A stretch of 63,112 nt of DNA, filler included, from Octopus bimaculoides (taxonomy: Eukaryota), in assembly GCF_001194135.2 (NCBI RefSeq). It is 4 parts of 4 records of this genome, joined end to end, with 100 filler letters (N's around TTAATTAATTAA, not from the genome) between each part and the next. Parts side by side here need not be neighbours in the genome. Positions count along the whole stretch, not along the records: positions 44,594 to 61,201 come from NC_068991.1; positions 61,302 to 63,112 come from NW_026350893.1; 2 more parts are not named here. One strand, given 5' to 3'. Of this stretch, positions 53,300-63,112 are shown piece after piece; the first letter of the stretch is position 1; the number at the start of each line of letters is the position of its first letter. Below the pieces are notes generated by a model. That model made no database searches and was not told the origin of the DNA. It worked only from the letters and a program-made list of their open reading frames with translations. A program made the translations under genes and the position numbers.

Positions 53300-54250
53300 C
53301 ATTTCAGGATGTACTCTCTTTCGTTTGTAGCAACAGCGGCTGCTACACAGATTAATTGCTTTATCCTGGTAATGTTCTCTTATGTTACCAGTAAGTCTAT
53401 GATGGACCAGTTTCCGTTTTTATTCTTAATGCTATTGTACCATCAAGTTATTTTGTTTTGTGGTAAGGTGGATGTCTTTTGTTAGTGCATACGAAAATCT
53501 ATTGATTTCATTATCTAACTATTTCTCCTTTTAGAATATTGTCATAGTCAAAATTTCTAACTTTAGAACTCTCTACCAGTTAGCCTATCATTATTCACTT
53601 ATGTTCATAATTTCGTAGCTGTGGTTCTGATGAAAGTTTTCTTGATTTACGTTCTGAAGGTATACTTATGTTTTATTATATCGTCCATTGTCTTTGTTTT
53701 ATTCTAATTTGTTATGTAGCGTATTTTCTTTATGTGTGTGATGGGGGCTATTACTTTTGCTTATTTTTCTTCAAGATCTATCTTTGTGATTTATGTTCTG
53801 AATATCTATAACATTAATGTGATTTTCATTGTTTCTTTCCATGTATTTCTTTGTTATTAACATTTTCCATATGTGTGGCGATTTTTTTTTTTTCCTGTTG
53901 ATTTCAGTCTGACATCTTTTTGGTTTCAAGAATGCATCTTCTTAAATTAGTTAGTCTGTTGGGATCCAAAGTTATTTCTAAATCAAAGTTATTCTCTCCC
54001 TGTAGAGTATAGGTGTATTTTGTAATATTTTTTTTTAATAGAGTGTAGCTGTAAAAAATACTTCTCGTACAAAAACAATTTTCTGGCTAATCTGTTTCTG
54101 ATCTGTTTTCTAAAGAGAAATTGCTTAATAGATCCTGACCCTATATCAAAATTACCCTCATCTTTAGAAGAAACGGATTTATTGGTTTCTGTCAATGACA
54201 TATTTAGAAAGGTGGGTTAGGAATATAGTTTTCCTTTTGTTTTAATTTTT
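53300..54250 (-). mobile_element. Possible very decayed Penelope-like N-terminal fragment
   Basis: LNMSLTETNKSVSSK resembles PLE NLS..LT..EKSVLSKGLNF; weak similarity to IVIK.ADKG..VI.D near 53430. Confidence 0.3.
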
Positions 54251-54382
54251 TTATATCTATGTTCTTCAGATAACTTGATTTTTAAATACTGAAACTGTAA
54301 TTTGTTAATGAAATACTTAAAATATTTAAACGTTTACGTAGTTCATATACTCAAACTCTTCAATATTACCCTTTTATAAAGG

Positions 54383-54810
54383 TAGTGGGCTAGCAGAATC
54401 GTTAGCAATTCAGGCAAAATGCTTAGTGACATTTCGTCCGTCTTTATGTTCTGAGTTCAAATTTCGCCGAGGCCGACTTTGCCGTTCATCCTTCCTAGGT
54501 CGATAAAATATGTACCAGTTGAACACTGGGATCAATGTAATCGACTTACCCTTTCCCCCAAAATCTGCTAGCCTAGAACCAAAATTTGAAAGCAATATTA
54601 CCTTTCTTACCGATAATAATTACTCCAAAATATTTCTTGCTTTGCAGCATTTCGTTCGTCTTTAAGTTCTGAGTTCAAATTCCAGCGAGATTGACTTTAT
54701 CTTTCATCAATTCGTGGTCGATAAAATAAGTACCAACTGAGCACTGGGGTTGGTGTAATCGACTTACCCTCTCCCCTGAAATTGCTGGTCTTGTATCAAA
54801 ATTTGAAACT
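54383..54810 (+). mobile_element. Two tandem SINE family B copies
   Basis: Family B body at 54383-54595 and again at 54640-54810. Confidence 0.78.
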
Positions 54811-54899
54811 ATTATTCCTTGAGTTCTGGTGAAACCATCACAGCAGAGAAATATTGACAAGAAATCAATAAAAACACAAGAACTGCAATTTTTTCGTCT

Positions 54900-56300
54900 A
54901 CCATCATCTAATAGAAAAGAACCAATTGTATTCTATGACAACGTCCGATAGCATGTATCGCAAAGGATACTGGAAAAATTGAAAAGGTGAAATACGAAAC
55001 TCTGCCTCGCCTACCTTGGCGTTGTAACTCCTTTGGCCGCTCATCGGTTGCAGAACTATAGACTTCTATGCAACCTGAATAAACTGATGCATTTCTTGGT
55101 AAAATGGTGTGCATTCTAATATGTTTTAACTCGATTGCTAAGATTTATTTAGAGCTGAGTATATTGCTTTAAACTGATGATTGAAAACCTGAATAATATT
55201 GACGCCAAACTAATATATGGAACTGTAGCAATAGCATAAAATGAATTACTAAAAAGATCCGAATCAACACCTGGTCGCTTAATGGAGGGAGAAAACAATA
55301 TTAGTTCCCCGAAGCAAAAACACTAGGGACTTCGAAAACCACAGATCAATAGCTTGTTTACTAACAATAAATGAATTTCTGACAGCAATAATGCCCAATT
55401 GGTTGGCTGGCTGCTCATCTCGAAGATAATGATGTATTACTAAAGGAGCAGGAAGAGTGTTTTAAGAGGTCGTATGGATGTAATTAACAACTATCTGAAA
55501 ACAAGGGAGTTATTGAAAACTTCCAAAAAGAAAAATAAGCGAAACAAACCCTACATATAGAATAGATTAATTGCCGAAAAGCCTTTAACCGCGTATCACA
55601 CTTCTGAATATTGAAGAGAATGAAGCAAAGCAACTTGGCTACTAAAACAGGGTATCAACCATGCCAAGTCAAAAGGGAACGCAATTATATAGCAAGATAA
55701 AAAGGAAAGGATAAAAGCATTCTATTCCCTTTAGAAGAAGAATTTTGTGGGGCAAACCACAATCTGTTATACCCATCCGCTAGCTCTGAATTCACTAGCA
55801 AATTGAAACATATCTCAATGATTACAAATGCTATGGAAAGTTTGTAAACCCCTTCGTGTGGGACCCATAAAATTTGTGCGTTAATTCAACTGTAAAACCA
55901 AAATTCATGTTGGATTCGACAAATGTGCCATTACTACTCAAATAACGCGCAAATTAATAAAAAAAAATTAAAATATTAGTATTCATAACTGAACGATTAG
56001 AAAATAATTTTCTTTCGAACTAGTGAGAAATACATAAAACTACCGAAAAAGAAAATTACAAAAATGAAAGAGAAGATAAGAGTATTAGAAATAAAATATC
56101 AAGCATAAATATTGAGGTCATCTCAATCTTAAAGCACAGGTTCAAAATAATAAATTTGAATTTAAGGAAATTGAAGAGCATTTATAAGATAACTAGGGCG
56201 ACAATCTCTACATTCCGAACAGCGCAACGCAAAGATGTCACAGATAGCTACAATGAGCTTGATGCAAATGGAGAACTATTATAAGTAACAAAAGTGAGAT
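54900..56300 (+). mobile_element. Degenerate R4/Dong-type non-LTR retrotransposon RT fragment
   Basis: EKTILVPRSKNTRDFENHRSIACLLTINEFLT (~55290-55385), EQEECFKRSYGCN*QL (~55446), *INCRKAFNRVSHF*ILK (~55563; cf. WIDYKKAFDSVPHSWI), LMQMENYYK (~56260). Confidence 0.82.
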
Positions 56301-57861
56301 TCAAAATGATGACTTGCATATTCGATTGAGAATATGTTTATCGCTGTTGTGTTTTGTGACATGAGAATAGCTTCTCCTTTCTGACGAAAATACGTTCCTA
56401 ACACGCTTAATTGAGTAGTACAAGAGATTCTGGAACATTCGACATTGTTGCCTCTCGTCAACCAGAAGCATCACCGGATCAATGAATCTGACAAGAGCCG
56501 ATGTCTTATTTATACTTTCAGCGAACCAACTGTTCGATAATGCGTACTGACATCTGCTAACCAATAATAAATCGTCGTATGCACGCTGAACAGCAAGAAT
56601 AAATATGCAAGGCATTGTTTTGAATCTCGCTGCTCACCGTCCATATGAACTATCCTGGTGAAAGCACATTTTTAGAAACGCATCTCAAAGACTAGCTCTT
56701 CTCTTTAGGGCCAGGTGATAGTTTAACACCTAAGAGCTGCTGATAGAATCCAAGGCTTGAGTGTGGTCGAGAGTGAAATAATGCTCCCACAACTGGGATA
56801 GTAACGTTGCTAAATACTCTGACGTCCTTGTTCGCTTCCAGAGGAGGAGTACTCGGCTGTTTGGTGCTCCATCACTAATGGACACATTCCTACTTCTGGT
56901 CCATAGGTGTGCTGTTTCATTTGTTTATAATTTCCATCGCTACTATAATGGCCTCTCTGCCAAGCTGGCCTCCCACCACTTTACCTCCCCACTCGCGGTG
57001 CCCTTGATGCGTCGAACTCCCTTTCCCTCGCCCAAAGCATCAACCCTTTGGTATCTCCTCTTCGTTTGTGTCATTCCCGCAGGTATTGACTTGTAAACAT
57101 CATGACCAAAAAGAACGAGTAAAAAGAAATGTAAAAGAAAAAAGGAAAACAGAAAAAAAGTTGGAATGGTAATGATTTTCCACGACCGAAGTGAAGAGGT
57201 GAAACAACAACTCTGTCAGCAGTGCATTATGTCTGTAAGTTCGGTAAATCAAGAATGACCCTGAAACCTAGAAAAACTCATCAGAAACTCACTTCCAAAC
57301 AGTTACAGTTGAATTATGTCTACGAGCAGCTTGTAACAGTGCAACGAAAATACTGACAGACATCACGAAATAAAAATAAAGTGAATATAACAGTTTGTTT
57401 TTAGACCTCCTTTTCTGTTTCTTTTTCTTTCTTTTTTTTTTTCTTGATCTAATTGCGCCAGAGTTTTTGCTTTCCGCTGCAATTTTCTAAATGTGTTTCG
57501 CTTTTCCTTAATTGAAAGCTCCGTCGTTAAGTCTAACTTTATAACATTATAACTAATTCTAATTACACTACAGTCGAATGTCAGAAGTAATATGTTCAAT
57601 TATATAGAACATNNNNNNNNNNNNNNNNNNNNNNNNNNNNNNNNNNNNNNNNNNNNNNNNNNNNNNNNNNNNNNNNNNNNNNNNNNNNNNNNNNNNNNNN
57701 NNNNNNNNNNNNNNNNNNNNNNNNNNNNNNNNNNNNNNNNNNNNNNNNNNNNNNNNNNNNNNNNNNNNNNNNNNNNNNNNNNNNNNNNNNNNNNNNNNNN
57801 NNNNNNNNNNNNNNNNNNNNNNNNNNNNNNNNNNNNNNNNNNNNNNNNNNNNNNNNNNNNN

Positions 57862-57921
<60 letters not shown>

Positions 57922-58196
57922 CAGAAAACTGTTATTTACGTTGTATTAATCATATTTGTTTTAATCAAACACGAAATTATGAATAACATGTTTTTCAAGA
58001 GATATTAGTATAAGTTTTTTAAAAATGCATCAAATTATATTTTTAAGAATCTACAGATCAGCTAGATATTCCTTGCGGTATCATAACTCAGATTGACTAC
58101 ACAACAGACATCACACGGCGACAGCAGTAGAATATTTCAAGAAAAAAAAAATGAAGAATTTCAGTTAAACTCTGTTGGATTATTTCTTCTTCTTCT

Positions 58197-58228
<32 letters not shown>

Positions 58229-58335
58229 TCCGTTTTTACATTTTCCTTTCATTCTATCTCAGATGTAAAACCCCTTTGATCGAATTTCATACTCTATATA
58301 CATACACATATATATATTTATATATGTGTGTGTGT

Positions 58336-58367
<32 letters not shown>

Positions 58368-59258
58368 ATCTGTCTGTCTGTCTGTGTGTGTGTGTGTGTG
58401 TCTGTGTGTGTGCTTATTATGATGATAGTGATGTAGGTGATATTAATGTTAGCAATGTTGACGTTTTTGGTTTTAGTTGTGGAGGTCGTGAAAGTGACGC
58501 GAGAAGGGGTTCTTAATGGCGGTGGTTGTGGTGGCAGCGGTGCTGGTTGTAGCGGCAGCAGCGGTGGTAGTAGCGTCTTTGATGAAGCTAGTGTGGTAGT
58601 AAGGAGTTCTCTGAAGGATGCCGTAGGGGGAGGGTATAAGTACGTTGAGAATCGATTCTTAGTTAACATCAGTTCATTTTTACATACATTTTTATTATTT
58701 ACTTGCGAAAAGCATGAACTTAGCAATATCTCGTTTCTTCTTTTCCTTCACGCCAATAGTTTTCAAACGGTGCGCCTCCGCATACTGGTGCGCCGCCGCA
58801 TACTAGTGTGCTCCAAGATGTAGCAAAGAACGTCGGAAAAATTACGGTTTCTAATTTGCGTACAACGCGAGCAATTTTGAGGAGAGGGCTAAGATGTTGC
58901 ACTCGTGATCGGAAAATCGTGGTTTCGAATCCTAATCCAGGCGGTGCATTGTGTTCTGCCACACAGTTTTCGTCTCCTAAATTCACTTACAGCGCATTGT
59001 CCAGTCCAGCGCTATACTACAAGACATTTGTAGAAGTCGTTGTGAGGCGGGACTGAATCCCAAACCACGTCATTCGAAAGCAAATCTTTAACCACAGCCA
59101 TATCTGCATCAGTAACATTTTAAACTTCAGGAACAAAATGTGGCAAATACTTTTACTTACGCTAAAATACAATGTGTTTAAAATAAAAAATGTTGAAATC
59201 CATTGTGTTAGATATACCGTATCTACATATGCCTGCTTCTTTGAGTATTGTTAGCTTT

Positions 59259-59659
59259 GAGTGACTGTGTGGTAAGTAGCTTGCTTACCAACCTCAAGGT
59301 TCCGGGTTCAGTCCCACAGCGTGGCACCTTCGGTAAGTGTCTTTTACTATAGCCTCGGGACGGCCGAAGCCTTGTGAGTGAATTTGGTAGACGGAAACTG
59401 AAAGAAGCCCGTCGTATATATATATGTGTGTGTGTGTGTGTTTGTTTGTTGGTCACTTTTTTACCGCCCCCCAACATCGCTTGACAACCGATGCTGGTGT
59501 GTTTACGTCCCCGCAACTTAGTGGTTCGGCAAAAGAGCCCGATAGAATAAGTACAAGGCTTACAAAGAATAAGTCCTGGGGTCGATTTTCTCGACTAAAG
59601 GCGGTGCTACAGCATGGCCGCAGTCAAAAGACTGAAACAAGTAAAAGAGTAAAAGAGTA
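59259..59659 (+). mobile_element. tRNA-derived SINE, family A, near full length
   Basis: Pol III A-box-like GTGACTGTGTGGTAAG and B-box-like GGTTCAGTCCC; internal (TG)n; tail GTAAAAGAGTAAAAGAGT. Homologous copies recur across the window. Confidence 0.85.
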
Positions 59660-59710
59660 TATTTGAAACAATTATTGTCAATAATGGTTCTTAATACAAA
59701 TACAACGCAA

Positions 59711-59930
59711 GACTGCGAGCTGGGTGAATCGTTAACAAACCGAGCAAAATGCTGAGCGGCATTTCGTCCGTCTTTTACGTCCTAAGTTGAAATTCCGCCG
59801 AGGTCAGCTTTGCTTTTCCTCCTATCGAAGTCGATAAAATAAGTACGAGTTGAGCACAGGAAGCGATGTAATCGACTCGGCCCCTCCCTCAAAATTACTG
59901 TTCTTGTGCCATAAATTTGAGAACAATATA
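59711..59930 (+). mobile_element. SINE family B copy
   Basis: GCGAGCTGG..ATCGTTA..AAATGCTGAGCGGCATTTCGTCCG..AAATTCCGCCGAGGTC..GTCGATAAAATAAGTAC..; many homologues in the window. Confidence 0.8.
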
Positions 59931-60114
59931 GAAACGCAAATTGTGAGGGAGAAAGCAGTCAAATAGATTGACCCCTGTACGTAACCAATACATTATTTTA
60001 TTATCCCTGGAAACATAAAGTTGACTTTGGTGGGATTTGAGCTCAGAACGTAAAGGAACATAGCTAAGTACTGTAAGGAATTTTTTCCGATTGTGTCATC
60101 CACTGTCCTGACTA

Positions 60115-60325
60115 TTGGTTTCAAATTTTGACACAGAGCCAGCAATTTCGGTGGAGAAGTAGTCGATTACTATCAATGCCAGTGCGTTACTGGTACTTAT
60201 TTTATCGACTCCGAAAGGATGAAAAGCAAAGTCAGCCTCGGCGGAATTTGAACTCAGGGCGTAAAGATCGACGAGATGCCGCTAAATATTTTTCCGGCGT
60301 GCCAACGATTCTACCAGCTCACCGT
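60115..60325 (-). mobile_element. SINE family B copy (reverse)
   Basis: Reverse complement of family B (CTGAGTTCAAATTCCGCCGAGGCTGACTTTGC..TCGATAAAATAAGTACCAG). Confidence 0.8.
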
Positions 60326-60931
60326 CTTTACTGTAATAAATATAAATAACAATTATTTCTGAAACAGGAACAATGTCACTAAATGCTAGTAGGGGTTAGT
60401 TGACTAAATCGATTCTAAAAAATAACTGGTACCTTACGTTATCGACCCTGGGAGGGGAGGAAAAGTAAAGTTGATGACAGTGGGATTTGAACTCAGAACA
60501 TAAAGCACAGTAACACATAATTGCTTCCAATATAGACACAAGGTTTGAAATTGAAGAGGAGGAGAATAGTCGATTAAATAAATCTACCCAGTACTTGATG
60601 GTTCACTATTTTATTGACTCTAGAGAGATGAAAGTCAAAGATGACATCGGTGGGATTTGAACCCAAAACGTAAAAAAGCGGAAGAACGGATCGTAAAATC
60701 CAGCATCTTTCAGTTTAAATAATTGTTTCTAATTTAGACGTAAGACCAATAATTTTAAGTCAAGTCGTTTTATTGATACCATCGACATCAGTGTTTAACT
60801 GGAACTTTATTCGTCGATCCCAGAGGGATAAAAGCAACTTTTCCTTCAGCGGGGTTTAAACCCAGAACATGGAAATCCACAGCAACGGATGCTGCCAATC
60901 CACAGCTTTTACTTTTTACCATTTTAATATA

Positions 60932-61201
60932 GTGGAGGCGCAATGGCTCAATGGTTAGAGCAGCGGATTCGCGGTCGTAGGATCGCGGTTTCGATTCCCA
61001 GACCGCGCGTTGTGAGTGTTTATTGAGCGAAAACACCTAAAGCTCCACGAGGCTCTGACAGGGGATGGTGGCGATCCCTGCTGTATTCTTCCACCACAAC
61101 TTTCTCTCACTCTTACTTCCTGTTTCTGTTGTGCCTGTAATTCAAAGGGTCAGCCTTGTCACACTGTGTCACGCTGAATATCCCCGAGAGCTACGTTAAG
61201 G
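60932..61201 (+). mobile_element. tRNA-derived SINE family D, cut by an assembly join
   Basis: A-box TGGCTCAATGG, B-box GGTTTCGATTCC. The 3' body (CAGCCTTGTCACA..TGTGTCACGC..CCCCGAG) also occurs at ~38090-38240 (+); the family's 3' part occurs reversed at ~43990-44240. Confidence 0.78.
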
Positions 61202-61301
61202 NNNNNNNNNNNNNNNNNNNNNNNNNNNNNNNNNNNNNNNNNNNNTTAATTAATTAANNNNNNNNNNNNNNNNNNNNNNNNNNNNNNNNNNNNNNNNNNN
61301 N
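61202..61301. other. Artificial scaffold join 44N-TTAATTAATTAA-44N
   Basis: Same 100-bp structure. Confidence 0.95.
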
Positions 61302-61437
61302 GAGGATGTGGTACATGTAAAGTATTAGCAGACGCTCGGGGGAAGGAAAAAAAGATGGTTTAACGTTTCGAGCAGACGCTCTTCTTCGAAAACAGAGGAA
61401 AGTCCAAAAGAAAAGGAAAACGGAGGAAGAAAATCGC

Positions 61438-61493
<56 letters not shown>

Positions 61494-61594
61494 TATATAT
61501 ATACATATGTATGTATATATATATTTATGTGTGTACATGGATGTGTGTGAGTTAAGCTTATGATGCAGAAGTAATTCGGTAATTTTGGCTGCAA

Positions 61595-61800
61595 TTCTGG
61601 CCCAAGGGCAGTGCTTTGGAAGGAGGGGGCTAAGTCGATTACATTGACCCCAGTCTTCAACTGGTACTTGTTTCATCGACCTTCACCCCCACCCCACCCG
61701 AAAGGATGAAGGGCAAAGTTGACCTCAGTGGAATTTGAACTCAGAGCGTAAAGACAAGCAAAAAAGACCCGCTAAGCATTTTTGCCTGATGTGCTAACAC
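61595..61800 (-). mobile_element. SINE family B copy (reverse)
   Basis: GTCGATTACATTGACCCCAGT..CTGGTACTT..GAAAGGATGAAGGGCAAAGTTGACCTC..GAATTTGAACTCAG. Confidence 0.75.
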
Positions 61801-62107
61801 TTTGGTAATATTTAAGAGAAGCGGAAGGAGACTTGAATAATTAATTAACAATATCTGACACTAATTGTCAGCTATGTGAACACTCTCTATTTCTTAATTA
61901 CTCTTTCGAACACACTCTACGTCTGTGTATAATTAGCTATCCACATGCTAGCTGCATCTACTTGTCTGCTTGCATATCTATCTATACCCACTGTGTCTTA
62001 ATTACAACTGGTCAGTGAGCGATTCGCAGATTTTGTTTGAACATTAACTTTATACACGCACATACACGTATACATATATACATATAAAAATACATAAATT
62101 TATATGC

Positions 62108-62151
<44 letters not shown>

Positions 62152-62326
62152 ATAGATAAAGAGAGAGGGTGTGAGAGAGACAGACAGACAGATAAAATAG
62201 ATAGACACAGACAAATTGCCAGCTAGCTAGCTAGATAATGTATGTATATTTGTTTATATATGTGTGTTTGTGTGTATATGATGTGTGACAAAATATATAT
62301 ATACATACATATATATATATATATAT

Positions 62327-62399
<73 letters not shown>

Positions 62400-62565
62400 T
62401 ACGCAAAGCACACAAAAAGAAAATAAATATATTATTGTAGTTGAGACCAGCTTTTCATTGGTTGAAATGTCATTCTGGGAAGACAATTGCCAGATGGTGT
62501 TGTATGAATGAAAGAAATATTCAATATTTGCGAGAGAAGAAAATTCCTACAAATTGAGTCCTCGT

Positions 62566-62756
62566 CTACACGAATCTGCAGGAAGGTACCAGTTTCTCAA
62601 GTTGGCACACGTTTGTCCAAATATCGAACAGAAGACCTTTGGGACAGTCTTGTTTAGTCACAACACCTTTGTTGCAGACATAGTAGGACCGGCATTTCGA
62701 TTCAATATCTGGGTATCTTCCTTCAATTGGAATACTGTCCAAACAGGGTGGGTACA
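62566..62756 (-). CDS. Probable terminal coding exon encoding a chitin-binding type-2 (peritrophin-A/CBM14) domain; upstream exons lie beyond the window
   Basis: YPPCLDSIPIEGRYPDIESKCRSYYVCNKGVVTKQDCPKGLLFDIWTNVCQLEKLVPSCRFV*: Cys spacing C-x16-C-x5-C-x9-C-x12-C-x8-C, with the typical Y-Y-x-C and CPxGLxFD motifs. Pyrimidine-rich acceptor ...ttctacatttgcAG|TG (AG at 62758-62757, phase 1). In-frame TAG at 62568-62566; no good donor before it. Confidence 0.88.
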
Positions 62757-62812
62757 CTGCAAATGTAGAAGCAGAAATAAAACGATTTAGTTATTTAGTG
62801 TAACAACTACGT

Positions 62813-62979
62813 ATCATCATCATCATCATCATCATCGTTTAACGTCCGCTTTCCATGCTAGCATGGGTTGGACGATTTGACTGAGGACTGGTGAAACCGG
62901 ATGGCAACACCAGGCTCCAATCTAGATTTGGCAGAGTTTCTACAGCTGGATGCCCTTCCTAATGCCAACCACTCAGAGT
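62813..62979 (-). mobile_element. Retroposon 3' end with (GAT)n tail, in the intron upstream of the chitin-binding exon
   Basis: Minus strand ends ...CCAACCCATGCTAGCATGGAAAGCGGACGTTAAACGATGATGATG; trinucleotide tails of this kind are typical of RTE-mobilised elements. Confidence 0.6.
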
Positions 62980-63112
62980 TAATTGTTTCAGAATCGTTTG
63001 TTTATGTAGTCGGCACTTAATGTATATCGGCTGAATGGACGTCAGTGATTGGTTGAAATTACAGAAATACGACAACTTTAACATGGAATAACTTAGGGAT
63101 TTCTTTTTTTTT

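Noticed and set aside
56301-56615. 104-aa minus-strand ORF as a host exon
   Set aside because: No recognisable domain or splice signals; it adjoins a decayed plus-strand LINE.
58259-58823. Pro/Thr-rich (minus) or Gly/Ser-rich (plus) ORFs as a mucin-like exon
   Set aside because: Built from degenerate GGT/GAT/AGC trinucleotide low-complexity sequence adjoining (TG)n; no convincing splice sites or domain.
60932-61010. tRNA gene
   Set aside because: A and B boxes are present, but the sequence continues into a multi-copy SINE body and I see no complete cloverleaf; the same applies to 42172 and 59259.

Overview
AT-rich, microsatellite-dense animal genomic DNA with many N-gaps. The SINE-like families and (TA)/(TG)/(TATG)/(GATA) landscape suggest an octopus; this is an inference from recalled repeat families, not a database match. 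The only confident host coding sequence is a minus-strand, apparently terminal exon encoding one six-cysteine chitin-binding type-2 (peritrophin-A/CBM14) domain (62566-62756), with upstream exons outside the window. The rest is mostly decayed mobile DNA: a ~5 kb interrupted Helitron Rep remnant (4400-9600), a mariner transposase pseudogene, a TIR-bounded pogo-type deletion derivative, two Penelope-like element (PLE) fragments, an RTE-type LINE, three R4/Dong-type LINE fragments and many tRNA-derived SINE copies. The most interesting non-coding signals are seven dispersed type-I hammerhead-ribozyme-like motifs (best at 21528-21609, with a relative at 25013-25061), a ~360-bp near-perfect foldback (18031-18391), SINE-derived minisatellites and template-switch-like inversions. 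Three 44N-TTAATTAATTAA-44N blocks are artificial joins, so contiguity across them is unproven. Protein-family assignments come from manual translation and motif recognition, without searches. No rRNA, true tRNA or CRISPR is supported.
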